Assembly (NCBI GenBank): GCA_021324685.1 | Contig: JAJPIQ010000036.1 | Coordinates: 1,423-65,422, forward strand | DNA from: Bacteroidota bacterium | GTDB taxonomy: Bacteria > Bacteroidota > Ignavibacteria > Palsa-1295 | Direction: 5' to 3' | Length of the DNA: 64,000 nucleotides | Part shown: piece after piece, positions 56,830 to 64,000 of the stretch | Layout: each line of letters begins with the position of its first letter | Position numbering within the stretch: the stretch's first letter is position 1 | Position numbers and translations under genes: made by a program | Notes under the pieces: generated by a model | The model's input: only the letters and a program-made list of their open reading frames with translations | Databases searched by the model: none | What the model was told of the DNA's origin: nothing

Positions 56830-58824
56830 ATGTACCCGGATATTGAAACACGCGAAGCACGACCGCAGGTGACCGATGGAAATCCGATCGCGATTACGTT
56901 TCCCGATGGAACCGTAAAGCCGTTTCCTTCGGGGACGACGGGCATCGAGATCGCGCACTCGATCTCGCCGCGGCTGGCCGATGCCGCGCTGGGGATCTAC
57001 GTCAATAACGTTCCATTCGACCTTGCGACCCCGATCCGCGAGGACGCGCACGTCCGCATCGTCCAATGGCGCGACGACGAGGGCAAGAGCATTTTCTGGC
57101 ATTCTTCCGCCCACCTGATGGCCGAAGCCATCGAGGCGCTCTATCCGGGGACCCGTTTCGGGATCGGCCCGCCGATCGCAAACGGATGGTACTACGACAT
57201 GGAGCTCCCGGCCGGCACGAAGCTCTCCGCCGACGACCTCCACGCGATCGAAGAGAAAATGTACGAGCTCTCCCGGCGCGATGTCCCCTATCGCCGCATT
57301 CCGAAAGCGTACGACGAGGCCGTCCAATACTTCAAAGATAAAGGCGACTGGCTGAAGCTCGAACTCCTGGAAGGCCTCCGCGGGCAACCGATCACGTTCT
57401 ACGAGCAGGGGAACTTCGTCGATCTCTGCCGCGGCACGCACGTGCCCTCGACCGGCAAAATAAAATTCCCGAAATTGCTCTCCATCGCCGGCGCGTACTG
57501 GCGCGGCGACGAAAAACGCCCGATGCTCACCCGCGTCTACGGCGTCAGCTTCCCGACGAAGAAAGAGCTCGACGAGTTCGTCACGCAGCGCGAAGAAGCC
57601 GAAAAGCGGGACCATCGCAAGATCGGGAAAGAACTCGAACTCTTCCATATTACGCCCAAAGTCGGCCTCGGGCTCGTGCTCTGGCTGCCGAACGGCGCGG
57701 CGATGCGCCAAACGCTCGAGACTTTCCTCAAAAAAGTCTTGCGGAAGCACGGCTACGACCAGGTGATCTCCCCGCACATTGGGAACCTTGAGCTCTACCG
57801 CACGAGCGGGCACTATCCCTATTACAAGGAGAGCCAGTTCCCACCGATCGCGTGGGAGGAAGAAGGCCATACCGAGGAATATCTCCTCAAGCCGATGAAC
57901 TGCCCGCACCATTTTACGATCTACAATGCCAAGCCGCATTCGTATCGCGATCTTCCCGTCCGCCTGGCGGAGTTCGGCACCGTCTATCGCTACGAGCAGT
58001 CCGGGGAACTCAATGGCATGAGCCGCGTCCGTGGATTTACGCAGGACGATGCCCACATCTTCGTCGCGCCGGAACAACTGCGCGACGAACTCTGCGACGT
58101 CATTCGCCTGACGCAGCACGTGAGCGAGGTCGTCGGCCTCACCGGCTTTCGCGCGCGGCTTTCGTTCCGCGATAAAGCCAATACCGAAAAATACGGCGGC
58201 TCGGACGAGCAGTGGGAACGCGCCGAGCGCGACGTCCGCGAAGCCGCCGAAGCCATGAAGTTGGAGACGTCGATCGGCATCGGCGAAGCGACCTTTTACG
58301 GACCGAAGATCGACTTCATGCTCAAAGATGCGATCGGGCGCGAGTGGCAGTTGGGGACCGTGCAGGTCGATTACGTCATGCCCGAACGGTTCAATTTGGA
58401 GTACACCGGAGCCGACGGCCAGAAGCACCGGCCCGTCGTCATCCATCGCGCGCCGTTCGGATCGTTCGAGCGCTTTTGCAGCCTCCTCATCGAGCACTAT
58501 GCCGGTAATTTTCCGACATGGCTCGCTCCGGTCCAGGTCGTGGTCCTGCCGATCACAGACAACCAGGAGCCGTATGCCGAAGAAATTCGCAAGCAGCTCG
58601 AAGAGCGGGGGATTCGCGTCCGGCTCGATGCTTCGGGCGAAAAGGTCAACGCCCGCATTCGCGATCACGAACTGAAGAAGGTCCCCGTCATGCTCGTCGT
58701 CGGCGAAAAAGAGCGCGAAGCCCGCACCGTCGCCCTTCGCCGCCATGGCAAAGGGAACGTCGGAACGGTTTCGCTCGAGGCGGCATTAGCGGATTTGCAG
58801 GCTGAATGCGCCATTCCGGAGTAA
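56830..58824 (+). CDS. thrS: Threonyl-tRNA synthetase
   Basis: TGS-like N-terminus (ITFPDGTVKPFPSGTTGIEIA), SSAHLMAEA, class II motifs (LAEFGTVYRYEQSGELNGMSRVRGFTQDDAHIF; HRAPFGSFERF), and an anticodon-binding C-terminus. ATG 56830 is chosen over the longer track start. Confidence 0.92.
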   Translation: MYPDIETREARPQVTDGNPIAITFPDGTVKPFPSGTTGIEIAHSISPRLADAALGIYVNNVPFDLATPIREDAHVRIVQWRDDEGKSIFWHSSAHLMAEAIEALYPGTRFGIGPPIANGWYYDMELPAGTKLSADDLHAIEEKMYELSRRDVPYRRIPKAYDEAVQYFKDKGDWLKLELLEGLRGQPITFYEQGNFVDLCRGTHVPSTGKIKFPKLLSIAGAYWRGDEKRPMLTRVYGVSFPTKKELDEFVTQREEAEKRDHRKIGKELELFHITPKVGLGLVLWLPNGAAMRQTLETFLKKVLRKHGYDQVISPHIGNLELYRTSGHYPYYKESQFPPIAWEEEGHTEEYLLKPMNCPHHFTIYNAKPHSYRDLPVRLAEFGTVYRYEQSGELNGMSRVRGFTQDDAHIFVAPEQLRDELCDVIRLTQHVSEVVGLTGFRARLSFRDKANTEKYGGSDEQWERAERDVREAAEAMKLETSIGIGEATFYGPKIDFMLKDAIGREWQLGTVQVDYVMPERFNLEYTGADGQKHRPVVIHRAPFGSFERFCSLLIEHYAGNFPTWLAPVQVVVLPITDNQEPYAEEIRKQLEERGIRVRLDASGEKVNARIRDHELKKVPVMLVVGEKEREARTVALRRHGKGNVGTVSLEAALADLQAECAIPE

Positions 58825-58958
58825 CGCCAGGGGAACCGGTGACAGCGGTACCGACGAGCAGCGGACCGCAGTTGGCGCGAAAACTGACACTCAATTTTTT
58901 ATTCGAAACGTTGTAATCGGTACGCGGTACCGTTACTTTCCACTTTAATCCGTTCTAT

Positions 58959-59885
58959 TTGAATACTTCCGATACGATCTCAGCAGACGAACAGCCCAGT
59001 TCGTCCGGTTCTTCTCCGAAACCCACCCCGTCGCCCATTACGGTCGGCGGCATGACGCTTAAAAAGCGCGACCCGGCGGCCGGACGTTCTTCCTCGGCCG
59101 GCGCCACTCCCCGGCCGGCAGGGGCCATACCGAAACCCGCCGGTGCGCGACCGGTCCTGACTCCCAAACCGGCCGGCTCCCGGCGCATGGAGCGCTTCAG
59201 CCGCGTGCTCCCTTCCCGCGATCCGGGCGTCCGCATGAACGAGCAGATCCGCGCCACCGAAATTCGCGTCATCGGCGACGACGGCCAGATGGTCGGCGTC
59301 ATGACGCCCAAAGACGCGATGGAACTCGCGCGCTCCAAACAGCAGGACCTGATCGAGATCGTTCCAAATGCCAAGCCGCCGGTCTGCAAGATCATCGAGT
59401 TCGGCAAATGGAAATACGAACAGCAAAAGCGCGAAAAACAGGCGAAGAAATCTTCCCACCAGCAGTTGCTGAAGGAAGTCCGCTTTCATCCGCGGACCGA
59501 CACGCACGATTTCGAGTTCAAGGTCCGTCACGCTCGGAACTTTATCGAAGAGGGCCATAAGGTCAAGGCCTACGTCCAGTTCAAAGGCCGCGAGGTGAAC
59601 TATAAGCAGTTCGGCGAGGAACTCCTCTCCAAGTTCCGGGCGCGCATGGAGGACATCGCCAAGGTCGATCAGGACGTCACGATGATGGGCCGCATGATGT
59701 CCATGGTCCTTTCGCCCGCCGGCAAAAAGAAGTCCGCCGCCGAAAAGAGCATTGCCAGGAACGGCGAAGCGAAGGACGACCAGCCGGCCAAACCGAGAAT
59801 GACAAAGAAGCCCAAAGAGATCGACGCGGCCGCCGCCGATGCTCCGGAAGGACCCGAAACGGTCGAGTCACCCGATACGATTTAA
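58959..59885 (+). CDS. infC: Translation initiation factor IF-3 with Pro/Ala-rich N-terminal and Lys/Ala-rich C-terminal extensions (start uncertain)
   Basis: Core: NEQIRATEIRVIGDDGQMVGVM...DLIEIVPNAKPPVCKIIEFGKWKYEQQK...KEVRFHPRTDTHDFEFKVRHARNFIEEGHKVKAYVQFKGRE. The track start is TTG 58959. In-frame ATG 59187 (MERFSRV...) would give a canonical-length N-terminus. Confidence 0.85.
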   Translation: MNTSDTISADEQPSSSGSSPKPTPSPITVGGMTLKKRDPAAGRSSSAGATPRPAGAIPKPAGARPVLTPKPAGSRRMERFSRVLPSRDPGVRMNEQIRATEIRVIGDDGQMVGVMTPKDAMELARSKQQDLIEIVPNAKPPVCKIIEFGKWKYEQQKREKQAKKSSHQQLLKEVRFHPRTDTHDFEFKVRHARNFIEEGHKVKAYVQFKGREVNYKQFGEELLSKFRARMEDIAKVDQDVTMMGRMMSMVLSPAGKKKSAAEKSIARNGEAKDDQPAKPRMTKKPKEIDAAAADAPEGPETVESPDTI

Positions 59886-59946
59886 TCACCCGAACCACAG
59901 GGATCCGGGAATTAAAATTTAACGTCCGATCCTCGAACGTGTGGAT

Positions 59947-59983
59947 GGAAGCGCTGCTTCCATCGCCGGGAAGCAGCGCTTCC
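59947..59983 (+). terminator. Perfect 15-bp stem / 7-nt loop hairpin downstream of infC (terminator or island-boundary element)
   Basis: ggaagcgctgcttcc-atcgccg-ggaagcagcgcttcc. No T-tract follows. Confidence 0.45.
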
Positions 59984-60018
59984 CGGCACACGACGGCATT
60001 GGCCCGGGCTGCGACTAA

Positions 60019-60393
60019 AGTCCGCGTCACATCGGGCAGGCTGAATCCGGCGTCATCGATAGCGATCTTACTCCGGCGGGCGATGCTGCGCCGCTTTATA
60101 GCAACCTCTATGTCACCGCCTATGTCTCGAACGCGCCTTCGAGCGTTGCGCCCGCGAGTGCTGCGGATGCCATTTCCATTTTCCCGAATCCCGCGGCAAC
60201 ATCGCTTCGCATTCAATCTCCCGAGCCGATTTCGAGCGTCGATCTGCTCGATTTCCTCGGCCGCACCGTCGTCTCGCAAAAGCTGGATGGCGCCGGCTCG
60301 CTCGACGTCAGCCGCCTTGCGCCGGGGCGATATGAGGTGGTCGTCCACTCCGCCAGCGGGATAACGAGCGCGTCCCTGCTCGTCCGGCACTGA
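60019..60393 (+). pseudogene. Orphan T9SS C-terminal sorting domain remnant (no start codon)
   Basis: Hand translation of frame 1: ...AISIFPNPAATSLRIQSPEPISSVDLLDFLGRTVVSQKLDGAGSLDVSRLAPGRYEVVVHSASGITSASLLVRH*. I found no in-frame ATG/GTG/TTG between the TAA at 60016-60018 and the CTD. Confidence 0.6.
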
Positions 60394-60573
60394 GGGACAC
60401 TCGCTTTGGCCGGCGCGGCGTTGATCTAACTCTTCAGGACGTACCTCCGCCGCGCTTAGGATGGATCGGATTCAATTTTATCGAATTTTTGTGCCTCTTT
60501 TTCTTCAATGCGAAGTTTAGAAATTGGATCATCGGATTTTATGTGAAATTTAAACATTTAGAGAACATTCTTA

Positions 60574-61251
60574 GTCGCGGAGCGACGCAGTACTTGCAGC
60601 CCAGGGTGAAGCGAAGCGGAACCCTGGGTTCGCAATAGCAAATTGAATTCTAAGCCCTGATAAGGGCGTTGTTTGCGCATGGCACAATCGTTCGGCCCGG
60701 TTTACATTCACATCGTCTTCAGTACGAAGCACCGCGAGAATATCTTATCCAAAGAACTTCACACCGAATTCGCGCGCTACATCACACCGATTCTGAAAGA
60801 TTGCAAAGCCCGATTAATCACCGAAGGCGGAATGCCCGATCACGTTCATCTCTTGATCGATCTCGGACGTGAATCATCAGTTGCAACGTGATTGAGAGAG
60901 ATCAAATCGAAATCGTCCGCGTGGCTACGAAAAAAGACGGGAAAGAATTTTAGTTGGCAATCGGGATACGGCGTGTTCAGTGTGAGTCCAAGCCAGTTGC
61001 AAAATGTCGTGAGTTACATTCAGAATCAGGAAGAACATCATCGCACGAAAACATTCCAGGAAGAATTCGAGGATATGTTGCGATCCGCCGGTGTTGAATA
61101 CGATCCGAAATGGTTATGGCATGACGATGACGGGGAATGACACCGCCCCTCCGGGGCTTAGGGACCAAGGGACGATCGTAACCCAGGGTTCCGCTTCGCC
61201 GCAAGCGGCGACGCTCCACCCTGGGCTGCGAGTACTTCGTCCCTTCGGGAC
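60574..61251 (+). mobile_element. RAYT (REP-associated tyrosine transposase, IS200/IS605 Y1 family) unit with inverted REP-like hairpin flanks
   Basis: Left flank 60574-60628: gtcgcggagcgac gcagtacttgcagcccagggtgaagcgaagcggaaccctggg. The reverse complement of the right flank (61181-61251) reads gtcccgaagggac gaagtactcgcagcccagggtggagcg[15-nt insert]aagcggaaccctgggt. The terminal hairpins carry compensatory changes (gtcgc/gcgac versus gtccc/gggac). Confidence 0.75.
60679..61140 (+). pseudogene. RAYT / IS200-like Y1 transposase with an in-frame TGA
   Basis: MAQSFGPVYIHIVFSTKHR...MPDHVHLLIDL (HUH motif) ...SSVAT-TGA(60889-60891)-LREIKSKSSAWL...GYGVFSVS...VVSYIQNQEEHH (catalytic Tyr helix). The two track ORFs 60673..60891 and 60892..61140 are in the same frame. 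Confidence 0.8.
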
Positions 61252-61255
61252 TAAT

Positions 61256-61570
61256 TCCCGCGGCGAGAATGTGAACGTGGCAATGGTGCGCGACCTCGCG
61301 CATGTCATCGACCGCGAAAAAGCGGCAATGGGATTTTTTGTGACCCTCGCCGATCCGACCGGCCCGATGACGAAAGAAGCTATCGCCTTCGTCTACTACG
61401 ACCAGGACCGCTTCGGCCCCGAATACCCGAAGGTGCAAATCCTGACGATCGAAGGCTTGATGGATGGCCGCGAACGGCCACGGTTCCCGGCTTTATCAAT
61501 GGGGAGAGCGACGTTCAAGAAAGCCGCTGTGGAAGAAATGGCGGCGGAACAGGGGAAAATGTTTAATTAG
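61256..61570 (+). pseudogene. C-terminal remnant of a DNA methyltransferase/restriction-enzyme Mrr-type (restriction endonuclease-like) domain
   Basis: SRGENVNVAMVRDLAHVIDREKAAMGFFVTLADPTGPMTKEAIA...YPKVQILTIEGLMDGRERPRFP....TFKKA resembles the C-terminal module found on many N6/N4 DNA methylases. Homology begins immediately after the right REP. The N-terminal part of track ORF 61091..61570 is just translated REP/RAYT sequence. Confidence 0.55.
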
Positions 61571-61586
61571 CGAGAAGAGGTTAAAT

Positions 61587-62207
61587 GTGCCGAAAGCACT
61601 ATTTCATAATTACGGACTCTGGTGGACTCGTAGTGACTTCGAAAGGGTTCATGGTATAGCTGGGAAACGAAGAAAGAAGCACGAGAAGGCCAAATTGCTC
61701 CTAATCGGAAAAGGCAAGGACACTGGACGTCTGGTAAATTTTGGAGAGCAAATAGGCGTTTACATCTTATACGATCACCATGAAGAAATAATTTACGTCG
61801 GTCTGGCCGGCAGGGGGAAAGACCATGGGTTGCAATCACGGCTATCACAACACATCAGGAATGATAGAGAAGGACGAATCGCCTTCTTCAGCTGGTTCGG
61901 TCTTAAGGCGATTATAGCAGCCAAACAAAACTTTCGCATAGCGCATCAGGACGAGATCATCGAGGCACATAGGCTAAAGAGTGGGATTAGAGCGACGACC
62001 TATTCGATCGACAAGAGCACTCTAATTCAGCACCTCGAAGCAGTGTTGCTTGAGATCACGGAACCAGCCAAAAATAAGCGGGGGCCTGATTGGAAGGGTG
62101 CTGAAAGGTTTTATCCCTACGAGCCGCGAGGGAGGAAAAAAACGAAACTCGAAGCGATTAAGGAGGATTTAGAAAGCGCGCTTGCAAAGCTAGCGGCGCT
62201 TCATTAG
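61587..62207 (+). CDS. GIY-YIG nuclease superfamily protein
   Basis: IGVYILYDHHEEIIYVGLAG....LQSRLSQH (GIY ... YVG ... R..H pattern). GTG 61587 is preceded by gaggt. The longer track ORF (61464) overlaps the upstream remnant. Confidence 0.6.
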   Translation: MPKALFHNYGLWWTRSDFERVHGIAGKRRKKHEKAKLLLIGKGKDTGRLVNFGEQIGVYILYDHHEEIIYVGLAGRGKDHGLQSRLSQHIRNDREGRIAFFSWFGLKAIIAAKQNFRIAHQDEIIEAHRLKSGIRATTYSIDKSTLIQHLEAVLLEITEPAKNKRGPDWKGAERFYPYEPRGRKKTKLEAIKEDLESALAKLAALH

Positions 62208-62251
62208 CAAATCATTCCACAGAGGACTTAACTGACTTTCTCTAAACCATT

Positions 62252-64000
62252 ATGTATCTGAAGTCGGTAATACTCGAAAACTTTCGCTCATACCGAGAGC
62301 GTACAATAATTCCCATTGAGAACCTCACGGCATTTGTCGGAACCAACGAGGCCGGCAAGTCAACCATTCTCGCTGCCTTAGAAATCTTTTTTAATTCCGA
62401 GTTAATAAAGCCGGAAAAAGATGATTTGAGCGTTGGTGGCGGAAATGAATCATTCTGTATAGGATGTATTTTTGGACATGAAAATGAAACTATAGTGCTC
62501 GATGCAAGTGCCACAACGAATTTACGCGATGAATTCTTATTGAACCCTGACGGCAACTTAGAAATCCTTAAGCGATTTAATTGTAGTGCGAAGACAGTTA
62601 AAGTTGAGGCATTCGCGAATGCACTTCACCCTGCCGAATTCGAAAAAAGTCTGTTGCTTTTGAAAAACGCAGAACTCAAAACCGAGATTACTAATCGAGC
62701 GGTTGAAGGCGTTGCCAAAAAAAGTTCAAACGTCTCCATAAGAAAGGCTTTATGGGAAGCGTTGGCAAAAGAGAAAACTCTTCAAGAAATCCCCCTTGAT
62801 AAAGAGGGCGCTAAAGAGATTTATGAACAGCTGGGTAAATTTCTACCAATTTATGCGCTCTTTGAGGCCGACAGGACTTCCCGGGACGATGATGATGAGG
62901 CGCAAGATCCGATGAAGCTCGCGACGGCGGAAGCTATTCGGGAACTTGAACCCGATCTTATCTCAATCAAGACTGTCATTCAAAAGCGCGTTTTAGACGT
63001 AGCCAACCGTACACTCGATAAGTTGCGTGAAATAAATCCCAAAATCGCGGCTCAGCTCACTCCGGAATTTAAAGAGGAACCAAAATGGTCGAGCATTTTT
63101 AAGTTCATTCTCCGAGGAGACCAAGATATTCCCTTGAACAAACGCGGAAGCGGAGTGCGAAGGCTAATTCTAATTAGTTTTTTTCGTGCAGAGGCAGAGC
63201 GCAGGCAGAGCTTAGAAAAAAGTCCAGGAATAATCTATGCAATTTAGGAGCCTGAAACATCGCAACACCCAACAAACCAAAGGATGCTAGCAGAAGCCTT
63301 CCTCTCACTCTCCCAAACTTCTGGATGCCAGGTTATACTTACGACACATGTCCCTGGCTTCGCGAGCCTGTTGCCGACTGATTCGTTGCGTTTAATTGAA
63401 GATGAAGAAGATGGAACGAAAACAGTCACCTCTCACGATGACGGAATTCTGGCGAAAATCGCAAAATCACTCGGTGTATTGCCCGAACCTGACAGACCTA
63501 AAGTAATCGTGTGTCTTGAAGGACCGAATGATATTGAATGTTTAAAAAGAGTAAGCAGCAAGCTTCATCTTGACGATCCCACCATTCCAGACCTTTCAGT
63601 ATTGCAAAATCGAGGTGAGATTGCAATTATTCCTTTGGGAGGTGGTACACTGGGCCAATGGGTTCAGCAGCATTATCTTAAATTACTCCGGATTCCGGAA
63701 GTCCATATTTATGACGGAGGGACGGAGAATCCCCGCAAGTATGCGAACGCGTGCGCTACAGTTAATGCAAGAACAGATGGTTCATGGGCGACCCTCACCT
63801 CGAAAAATGAATTAGAGAATTATCTTCATCACGTTCCTATAAATCAGGTATTACAAACTGCAATTACCCTAATTGGTGATACTGATGATGTCCCCATGCT
63901 TACAGCGCGCGAGATTCACAATAGCACTGGCGGTACTCCTTGGGATCAACTTGATGATGATCGCAAAAAAAAGAAAGAATCCCGAGTGAAGCAACGCCTC
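62252..64000 (+). pseudogene. OLD-family nuclease (ABC-type ATPase + Toprim-like C-terminal domain; Gabija GajA / PARIS / class-1 OLD-like) interrupted by an in-frame TAG; 3' end beyond the window
   Basis: MYLKSVILENFRSYRE...FVGTNEAGKSTIL (Walker A), NKRGSGVRRLILISF (signature-like), IIYAI-TAG(63245-63247)-EPETSQHP (Walker B hhhh[D/E]EPE), VILTTH (H-loop), KVIVCLEGPNDIECL (Toprim Glu). I translated the same frame by hand and it stays open from 63248 to 64000. Confidence 0.75.

Noticed and set aside
56656-58746. 696-aa ORF on the minus strand, fully antisense to thrS
   Set aside because: The plus strand encodes an unmistakable ThrS. The antisense product is Arg/Ala/Asp-rich with no motifs, which is the typical shadow ORF of a GC-rich gene.
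59939-60390. Track ORFs 59939..60364 (+) and 59677..60390 (-) as genes
   Set aside because: Both are off-frame or antisense reads of the T9SS-CTD remnant region. Only frame 1 on the plus strand gives a recognisable (CTD) sequence.
61091-61255. N-terminal 55 residues of track ORF 61091..61570 treated as part of a real protein
   Set aside because: This segment overlaps the RAYT 3' end and is a translation of the right-hand REP hairpins (…PPGLRDQGTIVTQGSASPQAATLHPGLRVLRPFG…). Real homology starts after 61255.
60889-63247. Hypothesis that the in-frame TGA (RAYT) and TAG (OLD) reflect an alternative genetic code or programmed recoding
   Set aside because: TGA, TAG and TAA all terminate well-conserved genes at the expected positions elsewhere in the window: lipB TGA at 3131-3133, the P-loop kinase TAG at 3646-3648, and thrS TAA at 58822-58824. 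I saw no SECIS-like context.

Overview
This 64-kb window looks like bacterial chromosome, moderately GC-rich by eye. Many predicted secreted proteins end in T9SS-type C-terminal sorting domains and carry SBBP, BNR or Kelch propellers. That suggests an FCB-superphylum organism, possibly Ignavibacteria/Kapabacteria-like, but this is inference only. I saw no rRNA, tRNA or CRISPR array.

Most of the window is housekeeping: lipB, a fused BCKDH-type E1 alpha/beta, an acyl-CoA mutase large subunit, leucine dehydrogenase, hprK, rseP, a rhomboid protease, ispG, prfA, rplU-rpmA, thrS-infC, an enoyl-CoA hydratase, and envelope or secreted proteins.

Three regions stand out:
1. 12.9-24.4 kb: a tightly packed block encodes clear homologues of the mycobacterial decaprenyl-phospho-arabinose donor pathway. 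These are a UbiA-type DPPR synthase, DprE1 and DprE2. Four GT-C-fold polytopic membrane glycosyltransferase-like genes sit with them, two of which are tandem paralogues. I propose this as an arabinofuranosyl or related pentofuranosyl glycoconjugate system outside Actinobacteria.
2. 59.9-64.0 kb: an AT-richer, decaying mobile/defence island sits directly after infC, where rpmI-rplT is normally found. It holds an orphan T9SS-CTD remnant, a REP-flanked RAYT (IS200/Y1-like) gene with an in-frame TGA, and a DNA-methylase/Mrr-type C-terminal remnant cut at the REP boundary. It also holds an intact GIY-YIG nuclease-like gene and an OLD-family ABC-ATPase/Toprim gene. That last gene is interrupted by an in-frame TAG exactly at the Walker B acidic residue and runs off the window.
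3. 11.9-12.9 kb: about 1 kb of non-coding sequence is full of small hairpins, a thrice-repeated motif, a gene remnant and a perfect 18-bp palindrome.

Start codons were chosen by eye and are approximate. All family calls come from motif recognition, not searches.
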